Source: an uncultured Pseudomonadota bacterium
GTDB lineage: Bacteria; Oederibacteriota; Muellerivitia; Muellerivitales; Muellerivitaceae
DNA length: 64,000 nucleotides
Reading direction: 5' to 3'
Assembly: GCA_963770835.1 (NCBI GenBank)
Contig: CAVYRH010000002.1
Span: 160,001-224,000, forward strand
Every line of letters starts with the position of its first letter. Positions within the stretch are counted from its first letter, which is position 1. The translations under genes and the position numbers were made by a program. This document shows, in pieces, positions 49,722 to 62,191 of this stretch. A model generated the notes under the pieces. The model saw nothing but the letters and a program-made list of their open reading frames with translations, was not told where the DNA came from and did not search any database.

Positions 49722-50093
49722 ATGAAGAAGGACAACCTTCGAAAAAACAAGCGGCTCTCGGTCCGGACACCGGTCGAAATCTATCCCGTGTTCCCGAGCT
49801 ATGAGGAATGGCTGGCGGATTCAGGTAGGAATTATTTGACGGGCCGTTTGAACGACTTAAGCCGGGGCGGATTGGGCCTGACCTCGAAAAGGCGTCTCTT
49901 GGAGGGCTCCGTCCTCAAGTTCCGTTTTTCCCTCCGGGGGAACCGGCGGGTGGAGATTTTCGGAAAAATCGTCTGGGCTCGGCGCCAGCGGGCCGGCGCG
50001 AGGTTTTTTTTACTGGTGGGGGATTCGTCAAAAACCGATGCGACCCAGCTTTCACCCATCGGAGCCGGACCCCTACTATTATCCCTTTCTTAA
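49722..50093 (+). CDS. PilZ-domain protein
   Basis: RKNKR (RxxxR), DLSRGG (DxSxxG), GKIVW. Confidence 0.75.
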   Translation: MKKDNLRKNKRLSVRTPVEIYPVFPSYEEWLADSGRNYLTGRLNDLSRGGLGLTSKRRLLEGSVLKFRFSLRGNRRVEIFGKIVWARRQRAGARFFLLVGDSSKTDATQLSPIGAGPLLLSLS

Positions 50094-50189
50094 AACGAGA
50101 AAACCGGTGTATGCCAGGCTTCGTCCCGGCACATATCAAATTTCAATATTAATAGCTCTTGCCAAGCGTTTTTCTCCAGGAAAATTTAG

Positions 50190-50240
50190 GCCCGAGGTCG
50201 GACTTGAACCGACATGACCGTGAGGTCGATAGATTTTGAG
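50190..50240 (-). pseudogene. 3' half of tRNA-Leu(CAA); att end of a second island
   Basis: CTCAAAATCTA + long variable arm + GTCGGTTCAAGTCCGAC + CTCGGGC; 5' half absent; integrase 126 nt away. Confidence 0.78.
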
Positions 50241-50366
50241 AGTCGCAATGGGTTGCTTGATTTTGTTTTCTTAAAGCTTCTAAAACCCTTACAGCTAAAG
50301 CGAAAAACGAACTTTTTTCCTTCTCCTTTCCCGCCCCGAAAAGGGCGTTTGTCATTCCCGTGTCAT

Positions 50367-51437
50367 TCAGGTCCCGAATTTGGTGTCATTGAACACCCGA
50401 ACTCGCTCTAAAGCCAATTTTCGGTCTTCCCTATCAACCTTGTCATATCGCCTGAAAACCGCGTTGGTCTTATGCCCGCTGACGCTCATGATGACCGAAT
50501 CTGGCACCCCCGCCTTGCGCATATTCGTGATCGCGCAATGTCGAAGGTCGTGAAAATGGAAATTATCCAATCCGGCCTTTTGACAGGCGTTTTTGAACCC
50601 GGTCTTACAAGCCGTTAGCCTCTTTCCTTTATAAGTGAAAACTAACGGGCTACCTATTGTCTTGGGAACCCTTTTGATGATTTCCTTTAACTTCTCATCA
50701 ACTGGTATTTCCCTCTTTTCCTGAGTCTTCGTATCCTCCGCCTCAAGAAAAATAACACCCTTTTGGAAATCCACCTGATCCCATCTTAGACCTAGGATTT
50801 CACCCTTCCTCATGGCCGTGTAGTAAGCCAACTCGACCATTGATTTCAGGTGAGGCGGACAGCATTCCAAAAGCCGTTTAATCTCAGCCGGTGAAAGGGT
50901 CCTATCCCTGGGGATTTCCTTAAATAACCTGATCCCCTCGATTGGATTCCTGTCGATCTGCCTGTTTAACTTCGCTCTATTAATAATCGTTTTTAAGCAG
51001 GCAATATCCCGGTTGAGGGTGGCCGCCTTCATTTCCTCCCCTTTGGGTTTTCCGGTTTTCCTTCTCCAAGTTAAATACTTTTCAGCCAGGTCAAGGTTCA
51101 GGCTTTCCAAAAGCTTATCGCCAAAAAAAGCCTTAAGGTTTGCCACGTAATACTTGTCCCGATGAAAACTTCTCTTCCTGGACACCGAATAAGCCATAAA
51201 GGAATCGGCGGCTTCGTTGAAAGTGATCTTCGGCTTATCCTGCGCCAAATAACTGTTTTCAACGATCTCTTGCATGTGTTGGGCCAAGACCTTCTTTGCC
51301 TGAGGCAAAGGGATCTGTCCCAAACGCACTCTTTTACGTTTATTAACTCCTTCCTCCTGGATAAAAAAATCCAGGAAATATCCCCCTCTATCTTTCCGAA
51401 GATGTTGGGGCAATCCGTGAACATTAGGCTTACTCAT
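50367..51437 (-). CDS. Tyrosine integrase
   Basis: TAMRKGE, DTKT, HFHDLRH, SGHKT, RRY. Confidence 0.94.
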   Translation of the reverse strand: MSKPNVHGLPQHLRKDRGGYFLDFFIQEEGVNKRKRVRLGQIPLPQAKKVLAQHMQEIVENSYLAQDKPKITFNEAADSFMAYSVSRKRSFHRDKYYVANLKAFFGDKLLESLNLDLAEKYLTWRRKTGKPKGEEMKAATLNRDIACLKTIINRAKLNRQIDRNPIEGIRLFKEIPRDRTLSPAEIKRLLECCPPHLKSMVELAYYTAMRKGEILGLRWDQVDFQKGVIFLEAEDTKTQEKREIPVDEKLKEIIKRVPKTIGSPLVFTYKGKRLTACKTGFKNACQKAGLDNFHFHDLRHCAITNMRKAGVPDSVIMSVSGHKTNAVFRRYDKVDREDRKLALERVRVFNDTKFGT

Positions 51438-51563
51438 ACTGCCTCCTAATGTCCCTTGCTTTTTGGCATTTTACCAAATTTCGAAATAAATTCCTTAAGC
51501 AGTTGGATTCATTTTTTTGAAATAAACGATATCCGCCACGGCACCTTAAAAACGGTTATTCCA

Positions 51564-52715
51564 TTAACTTTGTGCCAGTTTCATCCACCAAGGCGGTTGA
51601 AGTTCATGTGGCTTTCGCCCCACAGCAAAGGGAGCGAGATCCAGTTCCGTCTTCCTATCCAAGATCAATTGGGCCATCAGATATCCGCTGGCGGCCGCAA
51701 GCAGATGGCCGTGCGTGTGGTGTCCGGCGGCAATGTAAAGTCCTTCCGTACCTGGGACAGTGCCCAAAAAAGGATGGCCATCCACCGAACCGGGGCGGAA
51801 ACCAGAGAAATAACCCGATACCCGTAGCGGTGACAAAACCGGTGCCATGCGTCTGGCTGCGGTCGCCAGCGTCGCAATGCCTTCAGGCGTCACGGCTCGT
51901 TCAAACCCAGCTTTTTCCAAGGTACTGCCGACGTACAATTCGCCGCCCCGGCGCGGCACCATGTAGTAACCGGATGCGAAAAGAATGTGCTTGATCCCTG
52001 AAAGGGGCCCTTGAAGGAGCAGCACCTGTCCCCGAAGGGGATACACGGGCAACCGGATTCCCAAGGGGCTTAACAGTTCCGGAGCCCAAGCCCCGGTGGC
52101 CAACACCACGGCCTCGGCCTTGATGGTCCGCATTGCGGTTTTGACGCCTTCCACCCGCCCAGCGCGCACCACTAACCGCTCCACCGGTTCGTTGGTATGG
52201 ATGGGCACCCTTGCGCGCCGCACCGCTTCCACCGTCGTCCGGCACATGGCGGACGGGCGAATCTGCGTGGTATCGGGCAGGAACATGGCCCTTCGAACGT
52301 CTTTCGGCAAGGCGGGTTCCTTGCGGCGGGCTTCCTTGCCACCCAACCATACAACCTCCATGCCCAATTTCACCAGGCGTTTGGAGAGCATCCGCGCGTT
52401 CTTTTCTTCGTTTTCGGAAAACAAAAGCCCCATCGATCCCGACGTTTCCCATTCGGGGTCCAACCCAGAAGCACGTTTTAATTCCTTCACCCAGGACGGG
52501 TACAGGCGGTAGGACAAACGGCTCAGCTCATAGAGTTCCGGGGTGTCGAATGCCACACTGTGGAGCGGCAACATCCCCGCCCCTGCGGCGGAAGCTTCTT
52601 GCGCGGGCGCTTGACGATCCAGAACGATGGGGCGCGCGCCGCGTTTTTTGAGATGCCAGGCGACGGAGAGGCCGACGAGACCGCCACCAATAACTATAAT
52701 TTTCGGGTTTTTCAT
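51564..52715 (-). CDS. thiO: Glycine oxidase / DAO-family FAD oxidoreductase
   Basis: IGGGLVG, ASAAGAGML, VLATGAW, RGQ, YMVPR, GFRPG. Confidence 0.8.
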   Translation of the reverse strand: MKNPKIIVIGGGLVGLSVAWHLKKRGARPIVLDRQAPAQEASAAGAGMLPLHSVAFDTPELYELSRLSYRLYPSWVKELKRASGLDPEWETSGSMGLLFSENEEKNARMLSKRLVKLGMEVVWLGGKEARRKEPALPKDVRRAMFLPDTTQIRPSAMCRTTVEAVRRARVPIHTNEPVERLVVRAGRVEGVKTAMRTIKAEAVVLATGAWAPELLSPLGIRLPVYPLRGQVLLLQGPLSGIKHILFASGYYMVPRRGGELYVGSTLEKAGFERAVTPEGIATLATAARRMAPVLSPLRVSGYFSGFRPGSVDGHPFLGTVPGTEGLYIAAGHHTHGHLLAAASGYLMAQLILDRKTELDLAPFAVGRKPHELQPPWWMKLAQS

Positions 52716-53019
52716 GATTTCTCTCAATTTTTTGAATCGTTGAAGGCGAGGATGAGATGCGCGCTTTCGAGGCGTCTTTCGATATGAAACATTTACTTTC
52801 CGAAGAGCGAATCGGACCCCTGATCAAAAGAGCTTCATTTTAAAGTTTTTTTGGGGCGCGAGTTGAAATAGTTTCTTTTATGAATGGAGACCAGCTTGTA
52901 TATTTCAAGTTTAACGCAGTTCAACAATTTAAGTTCCTCCGGCTCTTTCTTTAGCAGCTTCTTCCTTGCCGAAACAACTCCGGCTCATACTGGTCGTTAC
53001 TAATTCTCACGTGAGACCT

Positions 53020-54096
53020 TTAAAAACACCGGATCGAGCTGGATTTCAGGAGAAGATATATCTTCTTACCCTGGACAAGTCCCAACTGCTCCACAGCGTC
53101 CGGAGTCAACCTCACCCTCAAGGAAAAACCGGCCCAAACCTTTAGCAAAACGGTTCCTCCAAAGCTTTCTAATGATTCCAGATGTCCTTCAAGTATGTTT
53201 CTGGCCGATATATCCGCCGGGGAAGACAGGGCCACCAGAATATCCTCCGATGGAATGTCCACTTGAATCCGGGTCCCCCGGGACACATCCAACAAGGGAG
53301 TCCAAAGGAAGGTTTCACCCACCCGAACCCGGCTCATGCCCTTTTCGGGAAAATGCGATTCCACTTCCCCAAGCAATAGGTTTTCAACGGGCTGAGAGAC
53401 CCATTGGGCCAATACATCGGTTTTTTTCAAGGTCCGTTCCGGTTCGCCCTGGGCCACCACCTTTCCCTTTTCCAAAATGATAATTTCGTCCCCCAAAGCT
53501 AAAATGTCGGAAACGTCGTGGGTGACATACAGGATGGGAATATGGAAATCATCCCGAATAAGGTTCAAATAGGGAAGGATGCGGGTTTTCAATCCCCTAT
53601 CCAGCGAAGAAAAGGGCTCATCCAACAACAGCAAATTCGGCGACGCCATCAAGGCACGGGCCAAACCCACCCTTTGCTTTTCTCCGCCGGAAATTTCTCC
53701 GGGGGAAGAATCCATCAAATCACCGATTTCCAAAGTTTCCACTGCCGTCTTGAAGGACAGCCCGTTCGGGGCGACGCGGCTTGCCCCATAGAGGATGTTT
53801 TCCCGGACAGTGCGATGAGGAAAAAGAAGGACATCTTGAGGTAAGAAACCTATCATCCGTTTTTCGGGAGGAAGCCTGCGCTTACCGGTTGTATCTTCCA
53901 AGACCCTGCCCCTCACGGTCACATAGGCGAAGGAAGGCTTGCGGAGTCCCGCCACCAGCTCCAAGAGGGAGGTTTTTCCTGAACCCGAGGGCCCTAAAAC
54001 GGCCGTGACGGGTTCGCGCAAGACTAAATCCACATCCAGGAAAAAAGAATCCAATGGAAGTTGGGCCCTCACCTCCAATACCGGGGGAAGGCTCAT
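53020..54096 (-). CDS. modC: Molybdate ABC transporter ATP-binding protein
   Basis: GPSGSGKT, SGGEKQR, C-terminal TOBE SARNIL. Confidence 0.93.
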   Translation of the reverse strand: MSLPPVLEVRAQLPLDSFFLDVDLVLREPVTAVLGPSGSGKTSLLELVAGLRKPSFAYVTVRGRVLEDTTGKRRLPPEKRMIGFLPQDVLLFPHRTVRENILYGASRVAPNGLSFKTAVETLEIGDLMDSSPGEISGGEKQRVGLARALMASPNLLLLDEPFSSLDRGLKTRILPYLNLIRDDFHIPILYVTHDVSDILALGDEIIILEKGKVVAQGEPERTLKKTDVLAQWVSQPVENLLLGEVESHFPEKGMSRVRVGETFLWTPLLDVSRGTRIQVDIPSEDILVALSSPADISARNILEGHLESLESFGGTVLLKVWAGFSLRVRLTPDAVEQLGLVQGKKIYLLLKSSSIRCF

Positions 54097-54794
54097 GGTG
54101 TTTCTCTCGGTGCAACCCTGCTTTTTTTACCCCTATGCTTGGCCGTTAGATATCCCGCCGCCCCGATAGCCAAGAAAGCCAACAGAATCGATATTCCCAT
54201 TAACCGCCAGGCCTCGTCATCCTTGCCCAATTCAATCATTTGAAAGATGTCGACGGCCAAAGTGGTTGTCCTGCCGGGGATATTTCCGGCCACCAAAACT
54301 GTCGCACCGAATTCTCCAAGAGCCCTGGCGAAAGCCAACACCAAGCCCGCGGCCACACCCTTTTTGGAAAGGGGTAGCGTCACCGTCCAAAAAACCCAAA
54401 AGGGTCCCGCTCCCAAGGTCCGGGCCACTTCTTCCAGCCGGGGGTCCACACTCTCAAAAGCCGTCCGGGCCGTCCTCATTAAAAGGGGAAATGACATCAC
54501 CGCCATGGCCAAAACGACGGCCTTCCAGGTGAAGATCACATCCCAGCCGAAATAACCCTCAAGGACCGAACCCAAGGGGCCTCTCCGACCGAAAAGTTTG
54601 AGAAGAATCAAGCCCGTCGCCACCGGGGGCATAACCAGGGGAAGGGAGGCCGCCGTTTCCACCAATGCTTTGCCCCGCCATTCTTTGCGGGCCAAGATCC
54701 AAGCCAATCCAACACCAAACGGCGCTATCAGGGCCATAGCAAGGAAAGCCGTTTCTAAAGTGAACCACAGGACTTGCCACTCCTCGGGATTCAT
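54093..54794 (-). CDS. modB: Molybdate ABC transporter permease
   Basis: LPLVMPPVATG, FARALGEFGAT, GNIPGRT. Confidence 0.94.
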   Translation of the reverse strand: MNPEEWQVLWFTLETAFLAMALIAPFGVGLAWILARKEWRGKALVETAASLPLVMPPVATGLILLKLFGRRGPLGSVLEGYFGWDVIFTWKAVVLAMAVMSFPLLMRTARTAFESVDPRLEEVARTLGAGPFWVFWTVTLPLSKKGVAAGLVLAFARALGEFGATVLVAGNIPGRTTTLAVDIFQMIELGKDDEAWRLMGISILLAFLAIGAAGYLTAKHRGKKSRVAPRETP

Positions 54795-54800
54795 GCCGGA

Positions 54801-55520
54801 TCACCGAGTTGCCAGGGTAAGGAACCCGTACTTTTTGAATATTGCCAGTCCCACTTTGGATTCCAAATATCCCAAAAAAGACTTCGCCGCACTAGTGTCT
54901 TTCGATGCTTTTATAACCGCCGCCGGATATACAATTCGAGGCGCATTCTCCCCGGGAACCTCAAAAGCGACTCTCACCTTGGAAGAAATGGCGGCATCGG
55001 TTTTGAAAACCACACCGGCGTCTGCGTCTCCACATTCCACCGCAGACAAAGCGATCCTTACGTTTTGGGCAGGGACAACCCTGTCCTTCACTTTGTCCCA
55101 AACGCCCTTGTTCTCGAAATATTTGCGGGCGTAGGTACCGGCGGGCACACCCTCTGGATCAGCCAAAGCGAGTTTTTGTACTTGAGCCCCAATTAAAGCC
55201 TCAAGATTCGGAATATCCAACCCGCCCGATTTGGGCACAATCGCAACCAATGAATTGGAAAGAATATCCTTTCGGGAATCCTTCAATAACAGGTCTTTTT
55301 TTTGGAGTTTATTCATTTTGGCCTCACCTGCCGGAATATAGAGATCCGCCGGTATCCGGTTCTCGATTTGACGGCCAAGATAATTAGAGCCCGCGAAATT
55401 AAAATATACCTTTACCGCAGGATGTACTGCTTCATAGGCCTTTCCAATCTCCCTCAAGACATCCGTCAGGCTGGTTGCCGCGAAGACCATCACGCTTCTA
55501 TTAGGGGCCATAACACGCAC
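54801..55520 (-). CDS. modA: Molybdate-binding protein (N-terminus/signal peptide unclear)
   Basis: VFAATSLTD, NFAGS, VPAGTYA, VFKTDA, YPAAV. Confidence 0.85.
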   Translation of the reverse strand: MRVMAPNRSVMVFAATSLTDVLREIGKAYEAVHPAVKVYFNFAGSNYLGRQIENRIPADLYIPAGEAKMNKLQKKDLLLKDSRKDILSNSLVAIVPKSGGLDIPNLEALIGAQVQKLALADPEGVPAGTYARKYFENKGVWDKVKDRVVPAQNVRIALSAVECGDADAGVVFKTDAAISSKVRVAFEVPGENAPRIVYPAAVIKASKDTSAAKSFLGYLESKVGLAIFKKYGFLTLATR

Positions 55521-55630
55521 CTTCTTACCTCGGGTTTATATTTGGATAAAAACTCTATTCCCGTTATCGGCTAATTCCCTTACCTGTGCGGATTTTCTCG
55601 CTCAAAAACATTCATAGGATCAAAAAAGGC

Positions 55631-55840
55631 TCAATCCACGCCGATCATCACGTTGGATGACTTGACGATTGCATAAGCCGTGATACCCGGCTTGAGGCCG
55701 AGACTTTTCACCGAACTTTTGGTAATGATCGAAGTGATCGATTCCCCGCCGGGAAGTTGAACCACCACTTCACAGTTGATGGGGCCCGCCGTGATCTTCT
55801 TAACTTTTCCCTTGAGCTGGTTCTTCGCGCTGATTCTCAT
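55631..55840 (-). CDS. Molbindin (Mop/TOBE) protein
   Basis: MRISAKNQLKGKV..SIITKSSVKSLGL..AIVKSSNVMI. Confidence 0.9.
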   Translation of the reverse strand: MRISAKNQLKGKVKKITAGPINCEVVVQLPGGESITSIITKSSVKSLGLKPGITAYAIVKSSNVMIGVD

Positions 55841-55925
55841 GATGCCCTCCAAATAGTTGATGGATTGCGATGGTCCTGCTGTTCTGAAGCCATCCTACAG
55901 GCCCGTCCAAGGCGGAAGCCATCCC

Positions 55926-56702
55926 CTAAGGCTTTAGGAGCGTGACAAACCCATATTTTTCAAACACCGCCAGGCCTTCTTTTGACTCCAAGTATGCCAG
56001 GAAATTTTCGGTTTCATCCCTTTCTTTCGATCCTTTCAAAACCGCCACAGGATAGGCGATGGTGGGCGCATCCCCTGCGGGAACCTCGTACGCCACCTTG
56101 ACCTTGGGGGATATGGCCGCATCGGTCTTGAAAACAACGCCCGCATCCACATTGCCCGATTCCACGGCGGCAAGCGCGGCCCGGACGTTCAAAGTGGATA
56201 CCACCCGGTCCTTTAATTTGTCCCAAACCCCCTTTTTCTCAAAATATTTCTTGGCGTAGATTCCACAGGGCACCCCGTTCGTATCAGCCAGGGCGAGTTT
56301 GCGGACCTTCGGCCCCGTCAGGGCGTCCAGCCCAGGAATATCCAGTCCTCCCAATTTTTCCACGACCACCACCAAGGAATTTGAAAGAAGGTCCTTGCGG
56401 GAACCATTCAACAGGAGACCCTTTTTCTCAAGTTCATCCATCTTGGCTTCGTCTGCCGAGAGGAAGAGGTCCGCCGGGGCCCCCGCCTCGATCTGCCGGA
56501 CCAGGAGATTGGATCCCCCGAAGTTGAAAACCACTTTCTCACCGGGATGCCCTCTTTCACAAGCTTTCCCGATCTCCTGGAGCACATCCGTCAAGCTGGC
56601 GGCCCCGAAAACCGTCACTTCTCCGGCTCGGGCCCAACCAAAAAGAGATAAAAAGGCGGCCACCCCAAAAATGCATATTGTTGATCTTCTTTTTGGGGCC
56701 AT
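55926..56702 (-). CDS. modA: Second molybdate-binding protein
   Basis: Signal peptide MAPKRRS..WARA, FGAASLTD, IEAGAPADLFLSA. Confidence 0.88.
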   Translation of the reverse strand: MAPKRRSTICIFGVAAFLSLFGWARAGEVTVFGAASLTDVLQEIGKACERGHPGEKVVFNFGGSNLLVRQIEAGAPADLFLSADEAKMDELEKKGLLLNGSRKDLLSNSLVVVVEKLGGLDIPGLDALTGPKVRKLALADTNGVPCGIYAKKYFEKKGVWDKLKDRVVSTLNVRAALAAVESGNVDAGVVFKTDAAISPKVKVAYEVPAGDAPTIAYPVAVLKGSKERDETENFLAYLESKEGLAVFEKYGFVTLLKP

Positions 56703-56733
56703 TGTTAACACCTTAGTTAACAATCCGATAATA

Positions 56734-56983
56734 ATCTTTGGCCTTTCTTGAGCCAAATAACTGTTTTCAACGATGGCTTGCATATGTTGGGCCAAAACCT
56801 TCTTTGCCTGAGGCAAAGGTATCTGTCCCAAACGCACTCTTTTACGTTTATTAACCCCTTTCTCCTGGATAAAAAAATCCAGGAAATATCCCCCTCTATC
56901 TTTCCGAAGATGTTGGGGAAGTCCGTGAACATTAGGCTTACTCATACTGCCTCCTAATGTCCCTTGCCAATTGCATTTTACCA
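56734..56983 (-). pseudogene. Duplicated 5' end of the integrase gene, in frame with modA
   Basis: Near-identical to ~51226-51476 (first ~71 codons, RBS and TGGTAAAAT -10). Confidence 0.88.
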
Positions 56984-57191
56984 GGCAGTTAAATGAATTT
57001 CAGGTGAGATTTTTATTAGGGGAGAACTGCGATACGAACAAGTGAATTGTCTGGAATAAATCGAAAACTAAACTTGTTCATATTTGGAAAGAGGTGAAAT
57101 TGGGCTTCGCGCTAGGAAGACCTGGCCCGGGTTACCCCGGTAACCAGGTCGCCGCTTCGCACTATAGATTATTTAGACCATGCCTTTAAAA

Positions 57192-59411
<2,220 letters not shown>

Positions 59412-59539
59412 CTATCAATAAAGTATAAACCCGGAAAAAAACACGGCCCATATTATAAAATTCTAGGCAATTAGACCGATCCCCTTCCACTAACTTTCAT
59501 TCGATTTCATTGATTGATCATCTTCAACTCGAACTTCCC

Positions 59540-60742
59540 TTACCCGAATATCTTCTCTAAGAAAGGCAACATGCTTATTACGCCTGTTACAAAAATTAAA
59601 ATGATAGTGATCCAATAGATGTATTTATTGATCCCCTTCAAAATAAAGTCGCCCATTAATTTTTTGTTGGAAGCAATCATTCCCAAAATGATCGCGGGCG
59701 CGATCAGCACGACAATCTGTAAAACCATCAAGTCGAGGGCAAGCTTGATGAGGTTGTAGGAAAAGAGCGGGATGATCACGGCGGGAAGGGACTCAACCAG
59801 ATAAACCTTGAACCAGTGCTTCCGGCCCCAACCCATGGCCTCCGTCACCCCCCAGCAGCTCCCAAGGGAAATAACAATAAGGGCGATAAAAGACGCTGTA
59901 ACGAGGCCGGTTCCAAACACATAAGGGGCATAATGCCCGGCCACCGAAGAGAGGCTTTGGGAGAGGCCTTTGGGCGACGTAAAATCCAACACGGCGGCGT
60001 TTATACCGATGGCAGATATGGCTATGGCAACCATAATTAATTCGGAAAAGAGGGCGCCCACCATGGTTTCAAACCGTATGGCCCAAATACTGCCTTTACC
60101 CGTGCCCTTTTCCGCCGTTGCGGAAACTTGGTAAAAGAGCATAAAAGGCATGATCACGGCCCCGATATTGGCGGCTAGCATGAAAATAAAGTCGGAGGAC
60201 GTGGAGAAATAAAACGGCGTGAGAACAACGTTCCCGTTCCGGGCCGTCATAAATGCGGCCACGATCCATACCACCGTAAAAATGACGGAGATGACAAGCA
60301 AAGGCTTCTCCGCCTCCACATACTTCCTCTTATATACCACAATCACATGGGCCAGGAAGGCGATGGGGATTGATACCCAGGGAGAAACACCCATCATCTC
60401 AAAACCAACCGCGATGCCGGTATACTCAACGACATAACTGATGATGTCCACCAGAGCCATCGGTACGGCACAAAACACCGCGACACGACGGCTGTAATTC
60501 TCCCGAATCAGTTCCCCCAGCCCTTTGCCCGCAACAGCTCCCACGCGGCCCGCCACTTCCTGGATCACGTACAAAGGGAATGTCAGCACCATGATGAACC
60601 AAACGAGTTTGGTGCCATATTGTGCCCCGCTTTCGGCGGCGGTTATGGCGCTGGCCGCATCTACATCCGCGATCATGACAAGCCAAGCCGGGCCCCACGT
60701 CTTTGCGATACGGCCCAATTTTTCCTTTAACTCCCTTACCAT
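59540..60742 (-). CDS. NRAMP-family divalent metal transporter
   Basis: GPAWLVMIADVDA, QEVAGRVG, ANIGAVIMPFMLFYQ; many TMs. Confidence 0.85.
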   Translation of the reverse strand: MVRELKEKLGRIAKTWGPAWLVMIADVDAASAITAAESGAQYGTKLVWFIMVLTFPLYVIQEVAGRVGAVAGKGLGELIRENYSRRVAVFCAVPMALVDIISYVVEYTGIAVGFEMMGVSPWVSIPIAFLAHVIVVYKRKYVEAEKPLLVISVIFTVVWIVAAFMTARNGNVVLTPFYFSTSSDFIFMLAANIGAVIMPFMLFYQVSATAEKGTGKGSIWAIRFETMVGALFSELIMVAIAISAIGINAAVLDFTSPKGLSQSLSSVAGHYAPYVFGTGLVTASFIALIVISLGSCWGVTEAMGWGRKHWFKVYLVESLPAVIIPLFSYNLIKLALDLMVLQIVVLIAPAIILGMIASNKKLMGDFILKGINKYIYWITIILIFVTGVISMLPFLEKIFG

Positions 60743-60859
60743 GGCGCGACCTCGTTTCCACAATGTTTGCTCACCAACTCAACCCGCAAGTCAAATGATA
60801 ACCATTCTCAAATAATTGCCGCATGACTTGTGTCACACACCATCGAAGAGCCCCCGGCT

Positions 60860-62191
60860 TTATTCGAACAATTCCTGGCCGATGTATTTTCCCGGCTGGG
60901 CCCCCGGCGGACAGGCGAAGATGCCGCTGCCCACGTGGGTTAAAAACTGGTTCATCATGTCGAAGCGCGACATTTTTTCAAACATCGGGATAAAGGCCTT
61001 GCGGGGGTCTTTTTGATAGCACTGGAACAGAAGGCCCGCGTCCATTTCCATGCCCTGCCGCCAGGGCGGCCACCGTTCGGCGGTAAAAACCAGGTTGTTG
61101 TCATAGGAATAAGCTCGACGAAGCATCTGAGCACCGTTATTTTCCTCGGGAGCGCCCAGCCTAGCATGGGAGTTTTCGGGGATCACGGAGTTCCCTTCCT
61201 TGTCGTTAGCGGCCAAATCCAATTTGTCGTTTTCGTTCTGACCGGTGAGTGGGGCCCCCGAATATTTTTTACGCCCCACAGTTTGTTCTTGGAAAGACTT
61301 TTTCATCCGATCCCAATGTTCCAGGGAGATTCGGATTGGCCTTACCACCATATAGGACCCCCCGCGCATCCATGCAGGCCCCTCTTGACCCACCCAAACG
61401 AATTTATCCATGGCTACGGGGTCGTCGGTCTTTGGATTCATGGTGCCATCCTTGAAACCCATCAAATTGCGCGGGGTTTGTCCTTTGGGTGTCTTGGGCA
61501 CGAAACCATTTTGTTCCCAACGTAAAGTCGCTACGCCATCCGCCAAGCGAGTTAATTGACGCACTGCGTGCAAAGCTACCTCGGCGTCATCTGAACAGGC
61601 TTGAACCGAGAGGTCACCACCCGTGTGGCTCTCAATTAACTGTTCCCCCGGAAAACGGGGCAGGTCAACGAGAGCGGGAGGGCGATGCCCTGCCAACCCA
61701 TAGCGGTCCTTCCCGTCCTTGACGAATATTCCCGGCCCGAAACCAAAGGTAATGGTCAGCCGGCCTGGGGAAATATCCAGAACATCACCCGAATCCCCCG
61801 GGACTTGTTGCGGATCGGTCCCCAGGTCCTGACCGGTTTTACCACTAGTCATCCGCGCGGAGGATTTAGTCCAGCTTTTCAGCAGAGCAATGAGTTGCTT
61901 ACGGTCTTTTGCGGTAAGGTCGAAAACCGCGAAACAGGTATAGGTTTGCATCGGCGTGAGAATGCCCCCCTGATGGCTGCCATTGAAAGGCTCGATCTCG
62001 GAGGCTGGAAAATCGTTCGCTTCGGGTACCGCGTCTTGTTCGCTGACAGAAGCCCCGGGCGGCAAATCCTGGTCCGTGACGGCTGTCGCCGGGGAGGCAT
62101 AGTCGTTGTCCGTTCCCGCACGACAAAACGGCGCCCCCCAAAAAACACTGACAGCCATCAACACAGAAAACGTGAAATGGGATTTTTTCAT
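60860..62191 (-). CDS. Secreted Dyp-type peroxidase (EfeB-like)
   Basis: HQGGILTP, LTITFGFGP, RNLMGFKDGT, MLRRAYSY, THVGSGIFACPPG. Confidence 0.92.
   Translation of the reverse strand: MKKSHFTFSVLMAVSVFWGAPFCRAGTDNDYASPATAVTDQDLPPGASVSEQDAVPEANDFPASEIEPFNGSHQGGILTPMQTYTCFAVFDLTAKDRKQLIALLKSWTKSSARMTSGKTGQDLGTDPQQVPGDSGDVLDISPGRLTITFGFGPGIFVKDGKDRYGLAGHRPPALVDLPRFPGEQLIESHTGGDLSVQACSDDAEVALHAVRQLTRLADGVATLRWEQNGFVPKTPKGQTPRNLMGFKDGTMNPKTDDPVAMDKFVWVGQEGPAWMRGGSYMVVRPIRISLEHWDRMKKSFQEQTVGRKKYSGAPLTGQNENDKLDLAANDKEGNSVIPENSHARLGAPEENNGAQMLRRAYSYDNNLVFTAERWPPWRQGMEMDAGLLFQCYQKDPRKAFIPMFEKMSRFDMMNQFLTHVGSGIFACPPGAQPGKYIGQELFE

Noticed and set aside
52730..53015. Possible small gene between modC and thiO
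   Set aside because: No coherent frame with a start and recognisable motif
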